A stretch of DNA of 64,000 bases from an uncultured Acidobacteriota bacterium. Lineage in GTDB: Bacteria; Acidobacteriota; Thermoanaerobaculia; Gp7-AA8. Positions within the stretch are counted from its first letter, which is position 1. Every line of letters starts with the position of its first letter. The stretch covers positions 992,001 through 1,056,000 of the forward strand of contig CAWGHO010000002.1 in NCBI GenBank assembly GCA_963822445.1, read 5' to 3'. The notes under the pieces are model-generated. The model did no database searches. It was not told the DNA's origin and worked only from the letters and a program-made list of their open reading frames with translations. Shown in pieces: positions 9,069-17,895 of the stretch. Position numbers and translations under genes: made by a program.

Positions 9069-9701
9069 TCAAACCTTAAAGCTGAGGACTCCGAAGGCCG
9101 CGGCGACATGAAAATCGGCCGGGTCCTTCCTCGTCGGCTGCCATGCGCTGTACTCATCACCCTCCTCGGGATGACGATCGATGCGGAACAGATTCGCGCG
9201 CCACGTCTCTCCATCGACGGGCGTCGTCCGCCCCAGACCGGCGAACGGAATGCGGATCACGGTTTCGACGGACATTTCATTGCCGTCCTGGCAGATCCGC
9301 ACCGCGGTCCACATGCCCTCGCATGTCCAGCTCCGATCGGCGCGCAGGCCCTCCCGCACGCCCCGCGGCGACTCGATGAGCGCGTCGAACATCGTCCCGC
9401 GCGGGTTCACCTCGAGCTCGAAGTAGCGGATGGGGTCGTCCATGCCGAGGAAGACTTCGAAGACGTCTTCTTCATAGAGGGAGGCGTCGTGCTCGAAGAG
9501 CGTGGCCTCGATGCGATCGTCAGTCGCGGAGAAGAGAACGGTGAGGTACTCGCTGTCGAACCAGACCGCGGCGTTCGTGGCCAACCGCGGTTCCACCCCG
9601 TCCGTCGCGCGCCACAGCCGGACCGGCGTGCAGCCGGCGGGCGCGGTCCACGGCTGCTCGATGTCGAACGGTGCGCGCGGAACGGCGAGGGTGTCGGTCA
9701 T
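9069..9701 (-). CDS. Carbohydrate-binding family 9-like protein
   Basis: LYEEDVFEVF, YFELEVNPRG, WRANLFRID, AWQPT..DFH motifs. Confidence 0.85.
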   Translation of the reverse strand: MTDTLAVPRAPFDIEQPWTAPAGCTPVRLWRATDGVEPRLATNAAVWFDSEYLTVLFSATDDRIEATLFEHDASLYEEDVFEVFLGMDDPIRYFELEVNPRGTMFDALIESPRGVREGLRADRSWTCEGMWTAVRICQDGNEMSVETVIRIPFAGLGRTTPVDGETWRANLFRIDRHPEEGDEYSAWQPTRKDPADFHVAAAFGVLSFKV

Positions 9702-9702
9702 T

Positions 9703-9812
<110 letters not shown>

Positions 9813-9852
9813 CCACGGCATACGCCGTGCAACCGGCCTCCGCGGGCAACCG

Positions 9853-10179
9853 ATGGTGGATCACGAACTGAACGAGTTGAAACGGGAGTTCCTCGCCGAG
9901 GCTCAGGACAAGGTGTCGGAGATGCAGACGGCGCTGGAGCAGGCTCCGAAGCCGGAAGCGCTGGACCGCCTGACCTATCTCGCTCACCAGCTCAAGGGCT
10001 CCGGCGGCAGCTACGGCTATCAGCGCATCTCCACCGATGCCGCGGAGCTGGAGCGAGCCGTGGAGACAGTCGTCGATGATGCCGGGCAGTATTCGGGGCT
10101 CGAGGCCAAGATCCAGCAGCACGTGGTGAATCTGCGGGCCGAGATCGACCGCTGCGCCCGCGAGCTGGCGACGGTCTAG
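9853..10179 (+). CDS. Stand-alone Hpt (histidine phosphotransfer) protein
   Basis: AHQLKGSGGSYGY..IS..A.ELE Hpt motif. Confidence 0.9.
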   Translation: MVDHELNELKREFLAEAQDKVSEMQTALEQAPKPEALDRLTYLAHQLKGSGGSYGYQRISTDAAELERAVETVVDDAGQYSGLEAKIQQHVVNLRAEIDRCARELATV

Positions 10180-11177
10180 CGAACGGCGGCTTCTTCTTTC
10201 GGCCGCGCTTCTTCCTTCGGACGCTCTTCCTTCGGCGTTCGCGTCACGCGCGACGGATCGCGGCGCTTCTCGGCCTGAATCTGATTCCTGCCGTTCCGCT
10301 TCGCGCGGTACAGGGCCTTGTCGGCGGCGATGATCAGCTCCTTCGCCGAATGAATGCGCGACTGAGGCACGCTGGCCACGCCGATGCTCACCGTCACGTT
10401 GACCGGGCCGGCCTGGGTATCGAGCGGCGTCGATTCGATGAGCGTGCGGATCTTCTCGGCGAAGGTGATGCCGTCGACCAGCTCCGTCTCCGGCATCATC
10501 ACCGCGAACTCTTCTCCGCCGTAGCGCGCGACGAGATCCGTGCTGCGCACCGATTCGCGATAAAGCGCTGCCGTGCGCTTCAGCACTTCATCGCCGACCG
10601 CGTGGCCGTACGTATCGTTGATCTTCTTGAAGAAGTCGATGTCGATCATCGCCAGAGACAGCGGCCGCTGATAGCGCTGCGATTCCTCGAACGCGCGGGC
10701 CAGCTCGTCCTGAAAATAGCGATGGTTGTGGAGCTTGGTCAGGCCATCGGTGATGGAGAGCAGCTCCAGCCGCTTGTTCGTCTCGGTCAGCTCTTTCTGC
10801 AGATCGACGATGCGCTTGCCGGCGCGGATGCGGGCCATGAGCTCGGGATACTGGAAGGGCTTGGTGATGTAGTCGTCCGCGCCCAGCTCGAGCCCTTCCA
10901 CCTTGTCTTCCTGCTCGTCCTCGCCGGTGAGCATGATGATGTAGCGCGCCCGGAACTCGGTCTTCGCCTTGATGTCGTGCGCCAGGACCACGCCGTCGGT
11001 GTCGGGCAGGCGGCGGTCGAGAATGGCCAGGTCCCAGGGCTCGGTGAAGAGGCGGTCGCGCGCTTCCGCCCCGGTCGTGCACTCGAACGTCTCGTATCCG
11101 GCGCGTTTCAGATAGAGCCGCACCAGCCGCCGGATCGCCGCATCGTCGTCAACGACTGCCACCGTAAAGTCCGCCAT
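10176..11177 (-). CDS. Response-regulator diguanylate cyclase (REC-GGDEF)
   Basis: REC domain, DGLTKLHN, DIDFFKKINDTYGH, RxxD I-site (RSTD), GGEEF. Confidence 0.95.
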   Translation of the reverse strand: MADFTVAVVDDDAAIRRLVRLYLKRAGYETFECTTGAEARDRLFTEPWDLAILDRRLPDTDGVVLAHDIKAKTEFRARYIIMLTGEDEQEDKVEGLELGADDYITKPFQYPELMARIRAGKRIVDLQKELTETNKRLELLSITDGLTKLHNHRYFQDELARAFEESQRYQRPLSLAMIDIDFFKKINDTYGHAVGDEVLKRTAALYRESVRSTDLVARYGGEEFAVMMPETELVDGITFAEKIRTLIESTPLDTQAGPVNVTVSIGVASVPQSRIHSAKELIIAADKALYRAKRNGRNQIQAEKRRDPSRVTRTPKEERPKEEARPKEEAAVR

Positions 11178-11212
11178 TCCACGGCCATGGCCGCAACGAA
11201 CGTGCCGACTCC

Positions 11213-12025
11213 TCAGGCTTTGATGCGCATCGAGATGTCGAGCGCGACCACGGAATGGGTCAACGCACCGACGGAAATCCTGTCGACACCGGTCTCCGCC
11301 ACGGCGCGAATGGTCTCCAGAGTGATTCCGCCGGACGCCTCGAGCGGAACGCGACCGGCGGTGCGATTCACCGCTTCGCGAAGCTGGCCGAGGTTCATGT
11401 TGTCGAGGAGGATGAAATCGGGGGTCAGGGCGAGGGCTTCGTCGAGCTCGGGCACGTCGCGGACCTCGATCATGATTTTCTGAGACATGCCCTTCGCGCG
11501 GATGCGCTCCACCGCCGCGGTGATCGAGCCGGCGCGGTCGATGTGGTTGTTCTTGACCAGAAACATGTCGTGGAGGCCGATGCGATGGTTCTCGCCGCCG
11601 CCCGCATTGACCGCGTATTTGTCGAGCACACGCAGACCCGGAGCGGTCTTGCGGGTGTCGTGAATCTTCGCCTTCGTCCCCGCGACGGCATCGACGTAGC
11701 GTCTGGTCGCGGTCGCGATCCCGGAAGCGCGTTGCATCAGGTTGAGCGCCGTCCGCTCCCCCGACAGGAGCGCAATCACGGAAGCCCCAACCTCGGCCAC
11801 GATGTCGCCTGGTTTGACCAGGTCGCCGTCGCGCATGGTCAACGTGACGGTCGCGCTCGGGTCGAGGGTTCTGAAGACGGTCTCGACGACAGCGAGCCCG
11901 GCGATGACTCCTTCCGCTTTGACCAGGAAGCGGGCCGAGCCGCGGTCGGAGGGCGCGAAGATCGCCTCGCTGGTGATGTCGGGGAGATCTTCCTCGAAAG
12001 CGCGGCGGACGATGTCATCGAACAT
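11213..12025 (-). CDS. nadC: Nicotinate-nucleotide diphosphorylase (quinolinate phosphoribosyltransferase)
   Basis: ERTALN, DTRKTAPGLR, NHRIGL, LLDNM, EASGGI, ISVGALTHS..LDISM. Confidence 0.96.
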   Translation of the reverse strand: MFDDIVRRAFEEDLPDITSEAIFAPSDRGSARFLVKAEGVIAGLAVVETVFRTLDPSATVTLTMRDGDLVKPGDIVAEVGASVIALLSGERTALNLMQRASGIATATRRYVDAVAGTKAKIHDTRKTAPGLRVLDKYAVNAGGGENHRIGLHDMFLVKNNHIDRAGSITAAVERIRAKGMSQKIMIEVRDVPELDEALALTPDFILLDNMNLGQLREAVNRTAGRVPLEASGGITLETIRAVAETGVDRISVGALTHSVVALDISMRIKA

Positions 12026-12083
12026 AACGTGCGAAATACTGGCACCTTACGTGCCGTTTTGATGGCCAGTTCGTTGACAACTT

Positions 12084-12435
12084 GGGGGCGCACCGGCTTC
12101 GACGGGGACACGTCGGGGTCATGGTTGCATGCCGAGCTCGGCCAGCTCGTAAAACCGGTCGAAAAACTTAAACGCGAATAACGATTTCGCCCTCGCGGCC
12201 TAAAAACCCGTGAGCGCTCGCCCGCCGCCTGCTCACGGCGTCGGGGTCGAGCGTCATGATGTGAGCTGGTGATGTGCGCAACGCCTACGCGTACGTCGCG
12301 AGATTAAGAGGCTGGTCTTCAGGTGGTTCCCGCTCTCCGGACAACCTGAGGACGAGATCAAGCGGAGAGACAAGCATGTAGTAGCCAGGCTGCCACTGTT
12401 TTCGGACGCGGGTTCGACTCCCGCCGCCTCCACCA
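12084..12435 (+). ncRNA. ssrA: tmRNA; tag ORF 12174-12203 encodes ANNDFALAA-stop
   Basis: 5' GGGGGCG pairs with 3' CGCCTCC-ACCA with the G3-U alanine identity pair; T-loop GGTTCGACTCC; tag ending ALAA; 352 nt. Confidence 0.97.
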
Positions 12436-12453
12436 AGTCAGATTCACGCCAAC

Positions 12454-12495
12454 AAGGGCCGCGAGACTCGCCAAACGAGACTTGCGGCCCTTTTT
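12454..12495 (+). terminator. Intrinsic terminator of ssrA
   Basis: AAGGGCCGCGAG...CTTGCGGCCC stem followed by TTTTT. Confidence 0.8.
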
Positions 12496-12535
12496 GCATC
12501 AGGCCGCATCGACCACCCTCGAAGGAGACCCCGGA

Positions 12536-14491
12536 ATGCGATTTCGCGTCATCGCTGCTGCCGCATGCATCGTCGCGGTAGCGGTCGCTGCATCCGCCAC
12601 GGAGGCGGAGCTCCGCGCGGTCGCGGAGGCGAACGGTCTCGTGCGCGTGATCATCAAGATCCGGCTCGACGAGCCCTTCGTGCCCGAGGGGCATCTTCGC
12701 CAGGAAGAGCGGGACCGGCAGCGCGACAACATTCGAGGCGTTCAGGACCTCGTCAAGGGCCGATCCCTTCTTGCCCGTCCCAACGAGGTGAAGCGATTTG
12801 CGACCATTCCTTTCCTGACGGCGTCGGCGGACGTCGAGGATCTTCTGAGACTCGCCTCCGATCCGGACGTGGAGTACGTGGCCGAGGATGGTTACGGGAC
12901 GACCGGGCTGACGCACACGCCGGGGATCGTTCAGGCAACCGGGAGCTGGGCTGCCGGCTTTTCGGGTACCGGCCAGATCATCGCCGTGCTCGATACCGGA
13001 ATCCAGGCCAGCCACCCGTTCCTGACGAACAAGGTTGTTTACGAAGCCTGCTTCTCGGAGACCAACGAGCCGCTGTCGATCAGCAGTCTTTGTCCGAACG
13101 GCGGGCCCGTGGCCCGCGGAACCGGGACGGGCGCTGCCTGCCCGGAGGCGGTGGCCGGATGTCATCACGGCACCCACGTGGCCGGCATCGCCGCCGGCAA
13201 AGGGAGCACGTTTTCGGGAATCGCGCGCGATGCCTCGATCATGGCCATTCAGATTTTCCATCGCCGCGATGCGCCGGCCGATTGCAGTCCCGGACCGGCG
13301 CCGTGTGCGCGTTACAGCTTCTCCGATCTCGCCGCCGCCCTCGACGACCTGGCGGTCTTGTACGACACCTATCCCGTCGCCGCGGTGAACATGAGCCTGC
13401 AGGATGGCAACCGCTGGTTCTCGCGAGCCGCCTGCGACGCCTTCCCGGCCTACGGCGCGATCAAGGAAGCGGTCGGCAATCTCGTGTCGCTGAAGGTTGC
13501 CGTCGTCGGCATCACCGGCAACTACCAGTGGGCGGACTCGATTACCGGGCCGGGCTGCCTCTCCGACATCGTGAGCGTCGGCGCCACGACGAAGGCCAGC
13601 GCCGTCCCGACGTTCTCGAATAGCTCGGGGTTTCTCGATCTGCTGGCGCCCGGTGACGGCTTCGCATCCAACTCCGGGGTGTTCTCCTCCGTCCCGTCGG
13701 ACGACTTCGACGCGCTCTGGGGCACCTCGATGGCGGCCCCGCACGTCGCCGGAGCCTTCGCGATTCTGCGGCAGCGCTCACCACTGGCTACCGTCGGCAA
13801 GTTGAAGTCGGACCTGGTGATGACCGGCCAGCCGGTGCTCGACTCGAAGAACGGAGTCACGAAACCGCTGATTCGAATCCTCGACGCCCTGGCCCGCGCG
13901 GACACGACCCCGCCGTCCACGCCGGCCGGCTTTCAGGCCACGGCCTCCGGCATCTCAGCGGAGCTGCAGTGGAACGCGTCGACGGACGACTACGGCATCC
14001 AGCACTACCGCGTGCAGCAGCGTCTCAGCCTGGCCGAAGCCTGGTCCGATCTGCAGACCACAACCTCGACGTCGAAGATGGTTGGTGGAATCACGCCGAA
14101 TGTGACATACCAGTACCGCGTGATCGCGGTCGATACATCCGGGAACGAATCCGCGCCGTCGCCGGCGGAGATCGCGACGTCGTTCTCGTTCACCGATCCC
14201 GTCCTGACCGTCGGCTCGTCACAGATGCGCGCCGTTCACCTGCTGGAGCTGCGGTCCGCGATCGACGCGGTCCGGCAAAGCGCCACCCTGTCCACCGGTC
14301 AGTGGAGCGGCGCGGTGCAAAGCGGTGCCATCGTTCGGGCAAGCGATGTGAGCGAGCTGCGCACGAAATTGTCCGAGGCGCTGAATCAGATCGGCGTGGC
14401 GTTTCCTGCGTTCACCGACGCCGTTCTGACCGCCGGTGCATCGCTGATCCGCGCCGTACACGTCAGTGAATTGCGAGCGAGGACGAACTGA
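12536..14491 (+). CDS. Secreted S8 subtilisin-like serine protease with FN3 domain and triple RAxHxxELR C-terminal repeat
   Basis: AAGGAG RBS, signal peptide, triad LDTG / HGTHVAG / GTSMAAPHVAG; FN3 segment DTTPPSTP..W...Y.YRV.A.D..GN.S. Confidence 0.93.
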   Translation: MRFRVIAAAACIVAVAVAASATEAELRAVAEANGLVRVIIKIRLDEPFVPEGHLRQEERDRQRDNIRGVQDLVKGRSLLARPNEVKRFATIPFLTASADVEDLLRLASDPDVEYVAEDGYGTTGLTHTPGIVQATGSWAAGFSGTGQIIAVLDTGIQASHPFLTNKVVYEACFSETNEPLSISSLCPNGGPVARGTGTGAACPEAVAGCHHGTHVAGIAAGKGSTFSGIARDASIMAIQIFHRRDAPADCSPGPAPCARYSFSDLAAALDDLAVLYDTYPVAAVNMSLQDGNRWFSRAACDAFPAYGAIKEAVGNLVSLKVAVVGITGNYQWADSITGPGCLSDIVSVGATTKASAVPTFSNSSGFLDLLAPGDGFASNSGVFSSVPSDDFDALWGTSMAAPHVAGAFAILRQRSPLATVGKLKSDLVMTGQPVLDSKNGVTKPLIRILDALARADTTPPSTPAGFQATASGISAELQWNASTDDYGIQHYRVQQRLSLAEAWSDLQTTTSTSKMVGGITPNVTYQYRVIAVDTSGNESAPSPAEIATSFSFTDPVLTVGSSQMRAVHLLELRSAIDAVRQSATLSTGQWSGAVQSGAIVRASDVSELRTKLSEALNQIGVAFPAFTDAVLTAGASLIRAVHVSELRARTN

Positions 14492-15069
14492 TGCGATTCC
14501 TGTTCGTTCTGGCCATCGTCGCGACATCGCTCGTTACTCCGATCTGCTTCGCCCAGGACATCTCCATCTCGAAAATCGGCGTTGAAGACTGCGGGGGAAC
14601 CGGCGGCGACGGTCCTGAGAGCACACCGTGCGGCTCGGGACTGATCATCTACAACGTGACGGTCACGAATAACGGGCCCCTGGCGGCGACGAACGTCACC
14701 ATTGAGGACGCTCTTCCGGGGTCGGTGCTGTTCGGCTCCGTGATTTCGCAGTTCCAGTGGTCGTGCACGGCACCGCCGCACCGCGGCACGGGGACCGTCA
14801 CGTGCAACCGCGCGACGCTGCTGCCCGGCGAATCGCGGCTGATCGCCTACACCGTGCTGCTTCCGCTGGGCTACCCGCAGCACGTGCCGCTGGTCAACAC
14901 GGCCACGGTTTCCGCGACGACGCCCGATCCGAATCCGGCCAACAACAGTTCCACCTCCACCCTTGCCGTGCATCTGCTCGCGCACACACCGACGCTCAGT
15001 GAAGCAGCCATCCTCGCTCTCGCTTTGGCGCTCGGAGTGGGTGGGTATCTCGTCCTGCAGCGTCGCTGA
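14491..15069 (+). CDS. DUF11 (conserved repeat) domain protein with IPTL-CTERM-like sorting signal
   Basis: YNVTVTNNGP..ATNVTIED.LP and NTATV...TPDPNPANN; C-terminus TPTLSE + TM helix + RR. Confidence 0.85.
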   Translation: MRFLFVLAIVATSLVTPICFAQDISISKIGVEDCGGTGGDGPESTPCGSGLIIYNVTVTNNGPLAATNVTIEDALPGSVLFGSVISQFQWSCTAPPHRGTGTVTCNRATLLPGESRLIAYTVLLPLGYPQHVPLVNTATVSATTPDPNPANNSSTSTLAVHLLAHTPTLSEAAILALALALGVGGYLVLQRR

Positions 15070-15094
15070 CCGCACGCGGTGAACGCGCTGAGCC

Positions 15095-15511
15095 TTAGAA
15101 CTCGCCGGCTGGGTGTGTGCTGACGCCGCTGTTCGACCACAGAAGGCCGCGGTTGTCGGCCGGACCGGTGCCGTTGTAAACCGCCAGATGTCCGTCGTCC
15201 TGCACGAGCGCGAAGTGGTCGCCCGTACTTGTCGCCCCGGAGCTCCACACCTGGCCGAGATTGTTCTCTGGTCCGGTTCCGCTGTAGAGGCAGAAGTTCC
15301 CGTCCGCCTGCATGATCACGAAGAAGTCGCTGGGGCTCCGCTCGGTAAGCGTGCTCCACACCAGGCCCTGGTTGTTGTCCGGGTTGCCCTGGTAGACGCA
15401 GAAGGCGCCGTCGTTCTGCATGAATGCGAAGAATTGCCCGTTCGCGGAAACGAGATACTGGCCTACAGTCAGAAACTGATCGGTCGTGATGAACGTCTTC
15501 CCGATTGCCAT
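15095..15511 (-). CDS. Stand-alone bulb-type (B-/GNA) lectin domain protein
   Basis: Three QxDxNxVxY-like motifs (QNDGAFCVY, QADGNFCLY, QDDGHLAVY), each followed by a WS; strong RBS; no signal peptide. Confidence 0.88.
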   Translation of the reverse strand: MAIGKTFITTDQFLTVGQYLVSANGQFFAFMQNDGAFCVYQGNPDNNQGLVWSTLTERSPSDFFVIMQADGNFCLYSGTGPENNLGQVWSSGATSTGDHFALVQDDGHLAVYNGTGPADNRGLLWSNSGVSTHPAGEF

Positions 15512-15639
15512 CGATGCCTCTCCTTCTTTGCCATGGCCGAGCATGAGAGGCGTAGCCCACACACCATCGCGAGGGCGGCTCCGTTCACGCATTGGATGGA
15601 GGATTTGCCGGCATCATGTCACATGTCCCGCCTGCATCC

Positions 15640-16449
15640 CTAAAACCGCAACTGCCCCGTGCGGATGATCGGCAACCACATCCCGATCGTGGCGCCGAAG
15701 ATGCCGATGGCCGTGATCACCGTGAGCACCACGAGCACCGTCGCCATCGCGAAGCGCGCTGATGGCCCGCTTTGTTGCGCGCGCAAATGAAGCTCGAGCA
15801 CCGCGAGCGGAATGAGCGTGTTCGCGAACGACACGAACGTCAGCGCCGGACCGCGAAACGTCGCCAGGTCGAAGCCCACCGGCCCGCCATTGACGAGCAT
15901 CCAGAAAAACAAGCCCACTCTGTAGAACCAGAAGCCGCTCACGGCCAGGAACAGGCGAAGCACCCAGCGGCGATGCGCGGGGAATTGCCGTCTCATTGCC
16001 GAACGCAGAGCGAAGAACGCGCAGACGAGAATCAGAATCGCATTGAGCGACCCGCCAATGTGTTGCCAGACGTCGCCACGCGTTCCGCGGATCCAGGTCA
16101 GGTACAGACCGGAAAGACTCCCCGCCACGGCCATCAGCAGGTAGATGCTGCCCATCCAGCGATGCAGGAGCGGAAAGCGCTTGCGCACCTGCGGAATGAG
16201 CTGCATCGCCCCGCCGATGGTGAGGATGAACGCGGCAAGCAGATGCCCGCCGATTGCGGCGTTCCCCGCCGTGTCGCCGCGTACATAACCGCGCGTGAGC
16301 ACGCCATCCCACGCCTCGAGCTGCCCCTGCAGCGCGGTCCCGCCATAAAACCAGGCGACGTAGCCGGCGAGCATCAACTGGCCGGTGATCGCCACAATGA
16401 ACCAGAGTCGCGCCGCGGCATCGTACGCGTGTTCGGCGGCGGTTCTCAT
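15640..16449 (-). CDS. DUF2306-like membrane protein
   Basis: HRWMG.IY and AHRRW.LR motifs; multiple TM helices; ATGA-coupled to the upstream gene. Confidence 0.8.
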   Translation of the reverse strand: MRTAAEHAYDAAARLWFIVAITGQLMLAGYVAWFYGGTALQGQLEAWDGVLTRGYVRGDTAGNAAIGGHLLAAFILTIGGAMQLIPQVRKRFPLLHRWMGSIYLLMAVAGSLSGLYLTWIRGTRGDVWQHIGGSLNAILILVCAFFALRSAMRRQFPAHRRWVLRLFLAVSGFWFYRVGLFFWMLVNGGPVGFDLATFRGPALTFVSFANTLIPLAVLELHLRAQQSGPSARFAMATVLVVLTVITAIGIFGATIGMWLPIIRTGQLRF

Positions 16450-17096
16450 GAGACCACTGGGTTCAGGACCCGCCGCCTCCGCCACAACGAAAAAATCATG
16501 TAGCCGAGCAGCAGGAACGCCGGCACCAGGAGCACGCCGGACCTACGCCACGCCTCCGGGAACAATCGCGCCTGACCGGGGAACAGCGACATCAACGCGA
16601 TCCAGAAGGCGAAACACATCCGCCACAGGTGGCGCGCGATGCGTTGTCCGCCGGCGACGCCGCCGCGACGAATCATGCGGATGTCGGCGATCACACAAAG
16701 CCAGATGAGGGAGCCGAATACGAAGAACACCGGCGCGGTTCGCGAGCTCGATTGAAAGCCCCACGTGAAGGCCATCACTGCATCGGTGAGGACCACCAGC
16801 AGCGCGGCCCAGTCGAAGAGGCCGATCTTCCGCTCCCTCCGTCTGGCGGCGACCCACGCGGTCGCCACCAGATAGAACGTGAAGATGGACATCATCACAT
16901 TGAGCTTGTTCGGCCTCTCGAAGAGGGCGACGTACAAGCCGCTCGAGGCCATCGACAGCATCGAGACGAAAAAGACGGTTCCCGCCGCGGCGTGCCACCC
17001 GGAGCCTTTGCGCATGAATACCGCGAAGGCTCCGGAAAGCAGACCGATCGTTGCGGCGCAGATATGAAGCAGCAGTAACGGTGAGGGCGTGGACAT
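16446..17096 (-). CDS. DUF2306-like membrane protein
   Basis: LHI..., KGS.WH...G..F, RIARHLWRMC motifs; TM-rich. Confidence 0.78.
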   Translation of the reverse strand: MSTPSPLLLLHICAATIGLLSGAFAVFMRKGSGWHAAAGTVFFVSMLSMASSGLYVALFERPNKLNVMMSIFTFYLVATAWVAARRRERKIGLFDWAALLVVLTDAVMAFTWGFQSSSRTAPVFFVFGSLIWLCVIADIRMIRRGGVAGGQRIARHLWRMCFAFWIALMSLFPGQARLFPEAWRRSGVLLVPAFLLLGYMIFSLWRRRRVLNPVVS

Positions 17097-17105
17097 GACC
17101 GGCTC

Positions 17106-17879
17106 CTACATGAGAGGCATCGCCGAAGGCGCGTGCTGTTCGTGCAGAGGCATGTGGACCACGCCGCCCGCGCGAAGGCGCCGGTCCTCCACGATCTTTC
17201 CGTCGAACAGCGACACCTGGCGGTCGGCACGCTCAGCGAAGCGCGGATCATGCGTGACCATCACGATGGTGCTTCCCTGCTCGTGGAGCGTGTCCAGCAG
17301 GTCCATCACCAGCTGCGCGTTCTTCGAATCGAGGTTTCCCGTCGGCTCGTCAGCGAGCAACACCTTCGGCCTTCCCACCAGCGCGCGCGCAATCGCCACC
17401 CGCTGCTGTTGTCCGCCCGACAGTTGCGCGGGGTAGTGCTTCTGCCGCTCGGGGATGTTCACCTGCTCGAGCGCGGTCAGAACCAGATCGCGGCGCTGTT
17501 TCCGGTCGAGGTCATTGCGGAACGTCAGCGGCAGCTCGACGTTCTCGAACGCGCTCATTTCTCCGATGAGATTGAAGGCCTGGAAAATGAAGCCGATCTC
17601 GCGATTCCGGACGCGGGCCTGTTCGGCCAGCGGCAGGCCGGTGACTTCCGCGCCATTGAGAAAGTATTTCCCCTCCGTCGCGGAATTCAGCAGGCCCATG
17701 ACCGACAACAGCGTCGATTTCCCGCAGCCGGAGGGGCCGCTGATCGAGACGTACTCGCCTTTGTCGATGGTCAGATTGATGTCATTGAGCGCCGTGGTCT
17801 CCATTTCCGCGGTATTGAAGATTTTCTTGATGTTCTGCAGGTCGATGAGATGTCGGGTAGTCATTGGTCTGTTCTCCAT
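17106..17879 (-). CDS. ABC transporter ATP-binding protein (MacB/LolD type)
   Basis: GPSGCGKST, LSGGQQQR, LADEPTGNLD, VTHD. Confidence 0.95.
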   Translation of the reverse strand: MENRPMTTRHLIDLQNIKKIFNTAEMETTALNDINLTIDKGEYVSISGPSGCGKSTLLSVMGLLNSATEGKYFLNGAEVTGLPLAEQARVRNREIGFIFQAFNLIGEMSAFENVELPLTFRNDLDRKQRRDLVLTALEQVNIPERQKHYPAQLSGGQQQRVAIARALVGRPKVLLADEPTGNLDSKNAQLVMDLLDTLHEQGSTIVMVTHDPRFAERADRQVSLFDGKIVEDRRLRAGGVVHMPLHEQHAPSAMPLM

Positions 17880-17895
17880 TGAAGGTTTTCGAGAG

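Noticed and set aside
12254-13744. 496-aa minus-strand ORF
   Set aside because: Antisense to the tmRNA and subtilase; no motifs.
16446-16500. Arg-rich C-termini of membrane proteins (WRRRRVLNPVVS; also RLRRSREPI at 21654 and GRKGSTR at 1209) as further RRR-tail copies
   Set aside because: They follow TM helices (positive-inside rule) or do not fit the 7-residue register.
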